From Candidatus Methylomirabilis limnetica (GTDB lineage Bacteria; Methylomirabilota; Methylomirabilia; Methylomirabilales; Methylomirabilaceae): a DNA stretch of 32,000 nucleotides. The position numbers and the translations under genes are program-made. The stretch is from contig NZ_NVQC01000007.1 in NCBI RefSeq assembly GCF_003044035.1, positions 1 through 32,000 of the forward strand, in the 5' to 3' direction. The notes under the pieces were generated by a model. That model had not been told where the DNA came from. It worked only from the letters and a program-made list of their open reading frames with translations, and made no database searches. Shown in pieces: positions 24,564 through 32,000 of the stretch (the first letter of the stretch is position 1; each line of letters starts with the position of its first letter).

Positions 24564-25232
24564 CTACATTTCCTGCTGCGTCGCTCTCCGCTCCCGCCGC
24601 TCTTGTCGCTCCCTCAACCGCTCCGTCCGGCGTCTCTGTATCTCTTCTCTATCAGGAACCGCGTCAGGAACAGGCGCCTGGATTGGCCCGGACGATTGTG
24701 CAGGAACTCCAGCCTGAACGGCAACAGGCGCTGACGCCTTTGCGGGAGCCGCGGCTGCAGACTCAATGGCCGCCTTTAGGGCGAGATCATGCAGCGTGTC
24801 GCCGCGCTTGAAGATGATCCGATCCTCCTTGATCTCGGTAATTACCCCGCCAGCCACCTCCTGACCAATCGTGTAAATATTCGCTTTCCCTTTGTCGCTC
24901 AGGATGGCCCGGCGCTCATGGTCGCTCAGTATCGTACCGACAAGCGTTGGAAGCGGCGGGGGGGGCGGAGGGGGCGGACTTGCGCCCTGCGGCCGCACCG
25001 GCATAGGCGGCGGCTGCTTGAACGGATTCTTTTCCAGCAAGCCGTCGAACTGCGTGAGGGGTGGTCGAGCCGTCTGGCTATAGGCGAGCGCCTCCGCCTC
25101 TTGCAATGGCTTCGTGACGGCTGAGCCTGGGACCGAGGCGACAGGAGAGACCCACGCCTTCACGACGGCGGCAGCGATCAACACCGCGACAAGGCCCAAG
25201 ATGAGATTCAGAAGCCGCAGCGGTCTACGCAC
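24564..25232 (-). CDS. gspC: GspC-like / PilP-like secretin-interacting inner-membrane protein
   Basis: N-terminal TM (LLNLILGLVAVLIAAAVV), Pro-rich linker (PPPPPPPPLP), then an HR/PilP-like beta segment LVGTILSDHERRAILSDKGKANIYTIGQEVAGGVITEIKEDRIIFKRGDTLHDLAL. No PDZ; Arg/Glu-rich tail. Position between gspM and gspD. Confidence 0.5.
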   Translation of the reverse strand: MRRPLRLLNLILGLVAVLIAAAVVKAWVSPVASVPGSAVTKPLQEAEALAYSQTARPPLTQFDGLLEKNPFKQPPPMPVRPQGASPPPPPPPPLPTLVGTILSDHERRAILSDKGKANIYTIGQEVAGGVITEIKEDRIIFKRGDTLHDLALKAAIESAAAAPAKASAPVAVQAGVPAQSSGPIQAPVPDAVPDREEIQRRRTERLRERQERRERRATQQEM

Positions 25233-25797
25233 CGGCGCTTTTCCCCTCCAACTCCATAGTGTACCCGCTGACCACTACGGTTACCTGAAGCTCGGCGCCT
25301 ACCCTGGGGAAGGATGCGTTCACCTGGAGCTTTGGTACCGTGAGCAGCTTTCCGGCGCTCTCAATCTTGTACAGGAAGTCGCGAAGCTTCCTCAAATCCG
25401 CGTTCAAGGAGAGCTCTACCGCGACCTGCGTGAACCCCTCCGCTTTCTTCGGCACGTGAATGCTTTCACTTACGATAGTGACCCCGCTCTCACTCGCTGC
25501 CTTGTGCAGCATCGTCTGAAGCTCGGCGGCGGCGAGCGTCAGCTTCTCCCCAGGCAACAGTCGCTGTTGCAGTTGCTTGTACAGCCCTTCGGCCTCGGCA
25601 AATTTCTTCTCGTACCGTCTCTTTCCCTCCACAACCAGTTGGAATCGTTCAAGGGCCTGGAGTTTTTCCAGGTACTCACCTCGAACCTGCATTTGGCTTG
25701 AAATGGCCGGAACTATGGCGTAATTGATGGCGAGAAAAGCTACCAGGGCGGCTCCGCCAGCCACGAGAAATCTGCGCTCACGCGAGGCGATGTTCAC
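25225..25797 (-). CDS. gspM: type II secretion system protein GspM (PilO-like)
   Basis: GTG start overlapping the gspL stop (GTGA). Short cytoplasmic N-terminus, one TM (FLVAGGAALVAFLAINYAIV), a coiled coil, then an alpha/beta C-domain. Operon position. Confidence 0.6.
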   Translation of the reverse strand: MNIASRERRFLVAGGAALVAFLAINYAIVPAISSQMQVRGEYLEKLQALERFQLVVEGKRRYEKKFAEAEGLYKQLQQRLLPGEKLTLAAAELQTMLHKAASESGVTIVSESIHVPKKAEGFTQVAVELSLNADLRKLRDFLYKIESAGKLLTVPKLQVNASFPRVGAELQVTVVVSGYTMELEGKSAGA

Positions 25798-27230
25798 GGC
25801 CGTTTCTCCTTCCTGGCCTCAAGGAGCACCTTGATCTGAAACTCTTGCCCCTCAGCGCCTCGCTGGGCCACCGGAGAGGTGAATTGAGCGTTTTCGAAGA
25901 GTGGCGACTGCTCCATAATCGAGATCAGGTCGGAGGCAGAACCGGTGATGAAGCCGCCAATCTTGACTTCTTGCTTCTCGACCGTAAAGAGCGTAAGGGT
26001 CATACCCTTCGGCAGAATCTGGAACAATTCGCGTAGCACATCCAGCTTCCTGACCTCCTCTCGGTCAATGGTCTCCAGGGTGGTGATTTGGCCGGCGAGC
26101 GCCCCCACCTCTCCCTTGAGCAACTCCACCTTGGCTGCTTCAGCCTGCACCCGATCCAGCGTGACAGTCAGCTCTGCTAAAGCCCGGCGCTCCTGACTCG
26201 CCCCATTCACCAGATACGCGAGGCCCAAGGCTACAATGAGGGCCAAGAGTCGAAAGGTCATCGCAAGACCGGGATTGTGGCGAGGGGGAGCCAGCTCTTT
26301 GGGGAGCAGGTCAATATCGAGCGGGAGCACAACGAGCCCGTGAAGCGCAAGCCCAACGGCCGCCCCGAGAGAATGGGCCGCCTGAGGATCTACGCCTCTT
26401 GCCTTGATTCGCTGAAAGGGCTGGAGGAACTCCACTTCAAGACCGGTCCGTTCGGCCAGGTGGCGCAACAGATCTCCCCTGCCCGCGCCCGTTCCTGCGA
26501 TAGAGATTCGCCCTGCCTGCTGGCCGCCATTGGCTTCGAGGTGAGCGAAAAGGGCAGAGATCTCCGGTATCAGCGCATCGAGGGGCACGGCCTGGCCAAG
26601 GGTCAGGTATCGGGAGCATCGAAAGATTCCTTGTTTGGTCAGACTCAGCTCAGCCTCTCCGTCCCGCAGATCGATGAGGACCCTCAGGGGCTCCGCACCT
26701 CGGTCCTGGTTGTAGAGGAGGGCGTTGAGCGATGCGACCGTCGAGACGCCCACAGCGGTCGGCGTGATCCCTGCCTCATGCAGCAGAGCGAGGTATCTAC
26801 TGACCTCCTCTTTCCTGGCCGCGGCCAACAGGACAGTGGCCTTTTCGGCATCGCGCTCAAGCACCTGGAAGTCGTACTGCGCCTCCTCTGGAGGGAAGGG
26901 GACATGTCGTTCAACCTCGTAGTCCAGGACCCCCCGGAGCTCCTCTTCGCCTACCGCCGGCATGCTCACCGATCGCATCGTGACGAAGCGTCGAGGCAGG
27001 CCAACCGTTACGAAGGCGGGTCGCTTGGGTAACCGAGCCAAGAGGCCGGACAGCTTCTCTTTGAGGACTTCCGGCCTATCTTTCTCTTCGACCGGTAGCT
27101 CCTCGATGCCATGATCGAGGAGCTGGACTCTCCCAAACGCTTTGCTTAACAAAACATGGCAGAGCAGGCTACCACGGATATCGATGCCCAGGCTGACTTT
27201 CGATCTTGGGATCAGCTCGCTGAGCGTCAT
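25794..27230 (-). CDS. gspL: type II secretion system protein GspL (PilM-like actin-fold domain + TM + PilN-like domain)
   Basis: N-terminal LGIDIRGSLLCHVLL (PilM/GspL-like), central TM (FRLLALIVALGLAYLV), a coiled coil and a periplasmic domain. ATGA overlap with gspK. Confidence 0.7.
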   Translation of the reverse strand: MTLSELIPRSKVSLGIDIRGSLLCHVLLSKAFGRVQLLDHGIEELPVEEKDRPEVLKEKLSGLLARLPKRPAFVTVGLPRRFVTMRSVSMPAVGEEELRGVLDYEVERHVPFPPEEAQYDFQVLERDAEKATVLLAAARKEEVSRYLALLHEAGITPTAVGVSTVASLNALLYNQDRGAEPLRVLIDLRDGEAELSLTKQGIFRCSRYLTLGQAVPLDALIPEISALFAHLEANGGQQAGRISIAGTGAGRGDLLRHLAERTGLEVEFLQPFQRIKARGVDPQAAHSLGAAVGLALHGLVVLPLDIDLLPKELAPPRHNPGLAMTFRLLALIVALGLAYLVNGASQERRALAELTVTLDRVQAEAAKVELLKGEVGALAGQITTLETIDREEVRKLDVLRELFQILPKGMTLTLFTVEKQEVKIGGFITGSASDLISIMEQSPLFENAQFTSPVAQRGAEGQEFQIKVLLEARKEKRP

Positions 27231-28450
27231 ACGCCTCCATGTCTCGGGTCAAGGCTCCAGAGCCGTACAGAGAGCTTCGGCCGGCCTGGCGTCCCGTCAT
27301 TTCGGAGGATGGCGGCCACGCGAACCGTAAGCCTTGATCCCGTCATCCGCCCAGCCGATTTGACGGAGAAGTTTTTCGCGCTCACTGTAGCCGTCTGACT
27401 GAGTTCTGCGATTATCTGCGTCGGGTTCGCCGGGCCCGACTGGCCTCCAGGCACCACTGCGAATCCCTGTCGACCGCCCCCTAAGATGGCGCGGATAAGC
27501 TCAGTGAACTCCTGCGGGTTCTTAAATGGAAGTTGGGTACGCCGGTCGAGAACGGCCTGGACCTCTGCCGCCGTCAGCCCGAGCGCCATCAAGACCTCGG
27601 AACTGGCGGTATTGACATTCACCATCCCGGAGGAATAGATCGACAAGTGCCTGGCGACTCCGAGGGATTCACCGTGCTGGAGCTCACGTTCCCATGGAGG
27701 TTGCGCCTCCAGTTCAGTCCGCCGCTGCGCGCCAGCGACGTTGCCGTACAGGATCTCCGGGGTCATCCCTTTGATCAGGAGCAGTTCGTCGATAGTCTCG
27801 AAGTCCCCGTTCTTCGCCCGATATGGGCTGGGGAGGGACAGGTAGTAGTCGTCTTCGACGCCACTCAAGCGATGTAGAGTGTCGACGTCGCGCCAGTCCT
27901 GGATCGAATCGACGATGGTGGAGAGGAGCTTCTCATCCGTGACGCCGGAGTTAGAGAACAGCCGGCGAAGCATCGCATCGTATTGCGGGCTGATCTGCCC
28001 GTTCAGGGGAATCTTGCTCTCCTCATCCCTGACCGCCACCCGGTAATGCCCCCCGCCCAGCGCCACATTCTCATAGGCGGCCGGATTGGTACGCCAGTGC
28101 TCGTCCAGAGCGTCGTAGCTCTTCGAGTCTGGCGGGACATCACGGTCGGCATTGATGATCTCCGCCGCCGCCCGGTAGACACCGGCCTCCGCCAAGTAGT
28201 AGGCTTCCGCTTCCTGCCTGAAGTTGCCGGCCGCGGCCAGCTCTGTGCGCATCGAAAAGGTGAAGGCTGTGAACACGACACTCAGAAATGTCAGGATCCA
28301 AAGTACGACCACAAGCGCCAATCCACGCTCCGAATGAAGACGATGTTTCGAGTTTCGAGTTTCGAGTTTCGGGTAAGGGCGACCCGCCGGGTTGCCCCTA
28401 TTGAAACGCCACACTCGAAACTCGAAACGCGAAACTCGAAACGTTTTCAT
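27227..28450 (-). CDS. gspK: minor pseudopilin GspK
   Basis: ERG|LALVVVLWILTFLSVV prepilin-like N-terminus. Large body with the helix-hairpin-helix-like VNVNTASSEVLMALGLTAAEVQAVLDRR typical of GspK. The start is ambiguous (see findings). Confidence 0.8.
   Translation of the reverse strand: MKTFRVSRFEFRVWRFNRGNPAGRPYPKLETRNSKHRLHSERGLALVVVLWILTFLSVVFTAFTFSMRTELAAAGNFRQEAEAYYLAEAGVYRAAAEIINADRDVPPDSKSYDALDEHWRTNPAAYENVALGGGHYRVAVRDEESKIPLNGQISPQYDAMLRRLFSNSGVTDEKLLSTIVDSIQDWRDVDTLHRLSGVEDDYYLSLPSPYRAKNGDFETIDELLLIKGMTPEILYGNVAGAQRRTELEAQPPWERELQHGESLGVARHLSIYSSGMVNVNTASSEVLMALGLTAAEVQAVLDRRTQLPFKNPQEFTELIRAILGGGRQGFAVVPGGQSGPANPTQIIAELSQTATVSAKNFSVKSAGRMTGSRLTVRVAAILRNDGTPGRPKLSVRLWSLDPRHGGV
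28345..28443. repeat. heptamer-arm palindrome inside the gspK 5' end
   Basis: (GTTTCGA)x3-GTTTCGG at 28345-28373. Central AGGGCGACCCGCCGGGTTGCCCCT hairpin. Right arm CTCGAAACTCGAAACGCGAAACTCGAAACG at 28414-28443. Confidence 0.85.
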
Positions 28451-29280
28451 AGCGTTCGCCCTACTTGCACTGGAAAGACCAGCGGCGGCAGGATCAACTC
28501 CCGGAGCCCAGACGATTTCGTCTGTCGAATCGTGAGCGTGAGCTCCACAGCCAACGGCATACGATCAGAGCCCTTCAGGGCGCGCTGCCCCTGTGCAGGG
28601 ACGAATCTCCGAGCTGGGGGCTGCGGCGTCTCGTCTTGGGAAGGATCCCAAGAATCGCGCCAGGCGGGGGGAAGATTTTCCTCCGGCCTGCCCTCCGGCA
28701 CCAGGTACCGAAAGCGCGCCTGCAACGCTCGTTCATCGAGCGGTTTGACTGAATCCTCGAACGAGGCGGATGCCTGAGTAGCAAGAGGGTAGCTTCCTGT
28801 GGCCACCAGTCCCCGACCAGACTCGACGGCATAGGCCACGATCCTGACCATGTGACTGAATGGTTCGGCCCCGTAGCTCTGTGGAAGGGTAGCAAACTTG
28901 AGGGAGTCCGACTTGCCATGAAAGGCGATGACATCCTTATCCTGCTCTTTCACACGCAAAGGGTGTATCATCGTAAGGTCTCGTGCGAGGGTCTCGACAA
29001 GGGTGCGATTGCGCTGGCTCTCTTCCGCCCGCGCCTCCCCGCTCTCCCACGACTTGGCTCCAACCTGGATCGCACCAAGTACGGCGACGAAGATAAGCGA
29101 CAGGATCGTCAGCGAGATCAAGACCTCGATCAAGGTGAAGCCGTGCGGAGTGCGGAGTTCCAGGTTTCGGGTTTCGGGTTTCGGGTTTCGGGTTTCGGGA
29201 GTCCTGCTCTTGTCAGAAACCTGGAACGTGGAACTCGAAACTAGAAACTCGAAACTCGAAACTTGCTTACTGCACCACAC
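28447..29280 (-). CDS. gspJ: minor pseudopilin GspJ
   Basis: HG|FTLIEVLISLTILSLIF prepilin motif with Glu5. Size and operon position. GTG start at 29280 overlaps the gspI end by 14 nt. Stop overlaps the gspK ATG (ATGA). Confidence 0.75.
   Translation of the reverse strand: MWCSKQVSSFEFLVSSSTFQVSDKSRTPETRNPKPETRNLELRTPHGFTLIEVLISLTILSLIFVAVLGAIQVGAKSWESGEARAEESQRNRTLVETLARDLTMIHPLRVKEQDKDVIAFHGKSDSLKFATLPQSYGAEPFSHMVRIVAYAVESGRGLVATGSYPLATQASASFEDSVKPLDERALQARFRYLVPEGRPEENLPPAWRDSWDPSQDETPQPPARRFVPAQGQRALKGSDRMPLAVELTLTIRQTKSSGLRELILPPLVFPVQVGRTL
29157..29262. repeat. heptamer-arm palindrome inside the gspJ 5' end
   Basis: GTTCCA-(GGTTTCG)x5 at 29157-29197. GAAACCTGGAAC (29216-29227) pairs with 29157-29168. 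This is followed by GAACTCGAAACTAGAAACTCGAAACTCGAAAC (to 29262). Confidence 0.85.
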
Positions 29281-29752
29281 GCGTCTGACCCAACTTCTTC
29301 TCGTCCACCATCATCCTCAGGGTCTGAAGGTTCACGGATTTCTCTCCACGGCGGCTAGGCCACGTGACGCGGACCTGGACACTGTAGAGCCGACCGGGGA
29401 GTTCTTCCTCCTGTTCGAGCGGCTGGACCTCAGAGGCCCAACGGAATCCCCCACCGAACTCCCCTGTTTCGGCCGAGCCTGTGAGGTTCCGCATTACGGC
29501 GACCTCGGCCATTTTCTGCCGAGCCAGCAGGACCGCCTGAGTGTAATCTTCGGACGCCTTCGCAGAGCGAACCCCAGCGGCTAGCAGCTCCATGGCCAAG
29601 GCGAACCCGATACCGAGAATGGCCAAGGCAACAATGACCTCGAGCAGCGTGAAGCCATGCTCCGTACGGCGTGCGGAGCATGGCAAATCCCCCCGTGCCC
29701 CCCTTTTGTAAAGGGGGGGGTGGGGGGATTTCGCGCTTCGCACTATGTTCAC
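29267..29752 (-). CDS. gspI: minor pseudopilin GspI
   Basis: HG|FTLLEVIVALAILGIGF prepilin motif. About 125-aa mature size. GTG start overlaps the gspH stop (GTGA). Alternative TTG start at 29686. Confidence 0.8.
   Translation of the reverse strand: MNIVRSAKSPHPPLYKRGARGDLPCSARRTEHGFTLLEVIVALAILGIGFALAMELLAAGVRSAKASEDYTQAVLLARQKMAEVAVMRNLTGSAETGEFGGGFRWASEVQPLEQEEELPGRLYSVQVRVTWPSRRGEKSVNLQTLRMMVDEKKLGQTRVVQ
29684..29733. repeat. nested G/C-run palindrome inside the gspI 5' end (twin of 22267-22314)
   Basis: CAAATCCCCCCGTGCCCCCCTTTTGTAAAGGGGGGGGTGGGGGGATTTCG. Confidence 0.85.
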
Positions 29753-30303
29753 GCATTCTCTGCGGTGCTGATGCGAATCAACCCAACCGATGGATCCACA
29801 ACAATTCGATAGGCTCGCCCCTTCTCGTCAGAGAGGTCAATCGATCCACCCGTCGAGCTCCCCTGCGGAAAGAAGGCAATGGCGCCACGCTCATCTGACC
29901 GAAGGGGGCCGGTGGTGAGGAGAACGGACTTCAGGCTCACACCAGGCGGAAGAGAACGGACCCGAGCCTGCCGCATCTGAACCTGCTGTTCCGGGTCCTC
30001 AACCGTTGGAACCTGGTCGATGCCGCTCAGGCGGCCGACAATCCAGTCGGGTCCCCTCAACCAGTAGCGATTGGTCTGCCGGTCAAGCACCACCTCCACT
30101 ACATCCTGGTTGGCGATCGCCTGCGTTCTGGCAAACCGGCACAGGGCGGCGATATCCCTCGCCGAGGCCTTGAGTCGAGCCTGCCCGAATGGGTGGCTGA
30201 AGGCCGGTGCGACCAGCACGGTCACCAGCGTGAGAATGAACAGCACCACGGTAAGTTCGAGGAGCGTGAAGCCCCTCGTACCCCGCACTGGTCTATTGTT
30301 CAA
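29749..30303 (-). CDS. gspH: minor pseudopilin GspH
   Basis: MNNRPVRGTRG|FTLLELTVVLFILTLV, with a normal 11-aa leader. Size and position. Confidence 0.75.
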   Translation of the reverse strand: MNNRPVRGTRGFTLLELTVVLFILTLVTVLVAPAFSHPFGQARLKASARDIAALCRFARTQAIANQDVVEVVLDRQTNRYWLRGPDWIVGRLSGIDQVPTVEDPEQQVQMRQARVRSLPPGVSLKSVLLTTGPLRSDERGAIAFFPQGSSTGGSIDLSDEKGRAYRIVVDPSVGLIRISTAENA

Positions 30304-30793
30304 CCCGCTCTCCTGCCCGTTTGATGCCCGCCCAGCTCACGATGTCCTGATTCTCCCCATCGCCACCCGCCACGCCATCACCGCCATAGGAGATGATATC
30401 GTAATCGCCATGCTCCCCCGGAGACTTATAGACAAAGGGGTGCACCCAGGGATCTAACGGGATCTCCTGCTTCTTGAGATAGGGCCCATCCCAGTTCTCA
30501 ACCGCGCCCGGATTGACAAGCATCGCCTTCAGCCCTTCCTCGCTGGTCGGATACCGGCCGACGTCGAGGCGAAAGTTGTCTAAGGCGGCGCCGAACAGCT
30601 CGATCTGGGCCTGAGCCGCCGCCTGCTTACCCTTCCCCACCCTGCCGAACAGCTTCGGCCCAACGAGAGCGGCCAACAGGCCGATGATGATGATGACCAC
30701 CAGCAGCTCGATGAGGGTGAAGCCGGCCTGATTACGGTGCAAGGTCCTGGCCCTCGCCTTTTGCCATACCTGGATATCTTCACATCGCTGCAT
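30293..30793 (-). CDS. gspG: major pseudopilin GspG
   Basis: G|FTLIELLVVIIIIGLLAALVGPKLFG...AAAQAQIELFGAALDNFRLDVGRYPTSEEGLKAML...WDGPYLKK..IPLDPWVHPFVYKSPGEHGDYDIISYGGDG is classic GspG. Start placed at ATG 30793 (AAGGAG 12 nt upstream). GTG 30799 or the track start 30844 are also possible. Confidence 0.92.
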   Translation of the reverse strand: MQRCEDIQVWQKARARTLHRNQAGFTLIELLVVIIIIGLLAALVGPKLFGRVGKGKQAAAQAQIELFGAALDNFRLDVGRYPTSEEGLKAMLVNPGAVENWDGPYLKKQEIPLDPWVHPFVYKSPGEHGDYDIISYGGDGVAGGDGENQDIVSWAGIKRAGERVEQ

Positions 30794-30874
30794 TCCCACG
30801 CTCAGCTCCTTTGCTCCATGCCCCATCTGTACGTATGTTCGCACCCCGCACCCCCTCCCTGCCTCTCCTCCCTT

Positions 30875-30929
30875 GTAGGGGCAGGCCTTGTGCCTGCCCA
30901 GAGCGGGCGACCACCAGGGTCGCCCCTAC
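30875..30929. repeat. double-hairpin palindromic repeat in the gspF-gspG spacer ('GRPPGSPLR' type)
   Basis: GTAGGGGCAGGCCTTGTGCCTGCCCAGAGCGGGCGACCACCAGGGTCGCCCCTAC. Two internal hairpins are closed by GTAGGGG/CCCCTAC. Related GGGCGACCC..GGGTTGCCCCT occurs at 28375-28399. Confidence 0.75.
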
Positions 30930-30965
30930 GTCGGCGAGGGTGGGGACGTACCCCGCAAACTGTAC

Positions 30966-32000
30966 TTAGAGCGGAAGCTCATTGATACTAAATATCGCCA
31001 GCAACATCGACATCACGATGAATCCAACAATGAGGCCTAGGGACAGGATCAGGACCGGCTCCAGCAGCGAGGTCAAGCGCTTGACCGTTCGCCGCACCCG
31101 GTCATCGTAGGTGTCGGCCACCTTGATCAGCATCTCCTCCAGCTTTCCAGTCTCTTCTCCCACCCTGGCCATATGGATGGAAAAGGAGGGAAAGGCACCA
31201 GTGGCCCGCAGCGGGCCGCTGATTCCCTCGCCACGCTTCACCCCCTCTTGCAACCTGGACATGGCGCCGGCGATCACCCGATTGGTGACCGTCTCTTTGA
31301 CGATAGAAACGGCGGCGAGCACCGGGACCCCGCTTTGGAGAAGCGTCCCGAACGTCCTGGCAAAGCGGGAGACCTCGATCTCCTGAATCAGGCCTCCCAG
31401 TAACGGCAAGGCCAGCTTCCACTGGTCCCACTGCATCTTCCCCTGCTCAGTCTGTAGATAGGCTCGAAGACCACCCCAGCCAATGACGATCAGCCCCACA
31501 AACACCCACCAGTAGCCGGTCGTGAACGTGCTGATCGCGAGCAGCATCCTGGTCGGCAGTGGCATGAGCTGCTTGGTATCGGCAAAGATCTGGGCAAACC
31601 GTGGAATCACGAAGTTCATCATGACCACCACGGCACCGCCACCCACAAGGAGCAGCAGAATCGGATAGATGAGGGCTGAGGTGATCTCGTCCCGGATCGT
31701 CTTGGACCGCTCCATAAACCCGGCCAGCCGCGAAAGGATCACCTCTAACACGCCGCTCGCCTCCCCCGCCTTAACCATATTGACGTACAGCCGGGAGAAA
31801 AGTCGTGGATGCTTAGCCAAGCTGTCGGCGAATGAACTACCCGCCTGGATGTCGGCCAGGACGCCACGGAGAATAGACCGGAACCGTTGATTGTCGGTCA
31901 GGTCCAGCAGGATCGACAGGCTCCGGTCCAGCTCCATCCCAGCCTCAAGCAATGTGGCAAGTTGTTGCGTGAAGGCCAGGACGTCTTGGGCGGACGGTCC
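30966..32000 (-). CDS. gspF: type II secretion system inner-membrane platform protein GspF (5' end beyond the right edge)
   Basis: GspF/PilC-family sequence (..FTQQLATLLEAGMELDRSLSIL.., ..FPSFSIHMARVGEETGKLEEML.., C-terminal TM). Own translation shows the frame stays open from 31952 to 32000, so the track start is internal. Confidence 0.9.
   Translation of the reverse strand, partial: GPSAQDVLAFTQQLATLLEAGMELDRSLSILLDLTDNQRFRSILRGVLADIQAGSSFADSLAKHPRLFSRLYVNMVKAGEASGVLEVILSRLAGFMERSKTIRDEITSALIYPILLLLVGGGAVVVMMNFVIPRFAQIFADTKQLMPLPTRMLLAISTFTTGYWWVFVGLIVIGWGGLRAYLQTEQGKMQWDQWKLALPLLGGLIQEIEVSRFARTFGTLLQSGVPVLAAVSIVKETVTNRVIAGAMSRLQEGVKRGEGISGPLRATGAFPSFSIHMARVGEETGKLEEMLIKVADTYDDRVRRTVKRLTSLLEPVLILSLGLIVGFIVMSMLLAIFSINELPL

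Noticed and set aside
26277-28777. 251-aa (26277..27032) and 264-aa (27983..28777) plus-strand ORFs inside the T2SS operon
   Set aside because: They lie antisense to gspL, gspK and gspJ. They are Arg/Gly/Pro-rich with no recognisable domains, and partly consist of translated repeats.

Overview
Moderately GC-rich, densely coding bacterial chromosomal window that is mostly housekeeping. Minus strand, left: a partial [2Fe-2S]-ferredoxin/PAS fusion, an RhlB-like DEAD-box helicase, and groES-groEL with a perfect CIRCE operator. Plus strand: a lipoprotein, an 840-aa sugar-1-P nucleotidyltransferase/phosphohexomutase-like fusion translationally coupled to a canonical PGM/PMM, ftsB, a 1.1-kb non-coding island, then dxr-rseP-ispG-proS. 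Minus strand: an exported His-rich protein, an aspartase-like lyase and a stand-alone LigD 3'-phosphoesterase. Plus strand: an overlapping HAD hydrolase and GHMP sugar kinase. The right third (22.4-32 kb, minus strand) is a type II secretion operon, gspF(partial)-G-H-I-J-K-L-M-C(like)-D, followed by a small secreted protein. I see no integrase, transposase, CRISPR, defence or classical toxin genes, so I cannot support a novel multi-gene protein system here. The unusual content is mostly non-coding. (1) Several families of palindromic repeats, many with arms built from 7-bp tandem units, fill almost every intergenic spacer. Three of them sit inside the leader-peptide-coding 5' ends of the minor pseudopilin genes gspK, gspJ and gspI; for gspJ the repeat apparently has to be translated. 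(2) A 14-unit 9-bp (7 x 18-bp) tandem array with an inverted arm lies in the predicted 5' leader of the NDP-sugar gene. (3) The ftsB-dxr island holds two direct copies of a ~165-bp inverted-repeat-bounded element. They flank a promoter, a long leader, a 38-codon hydrophobic ORF and a 16-bp perfect hairpin (candidate small membrane peptide or type I toxin). (4) A 15-nt perfect complement of the 16S rRNA 3' end precedes a 16-codon ORF between convergent genes. All functional calls rest on motif recognition by eye; no searches were run.
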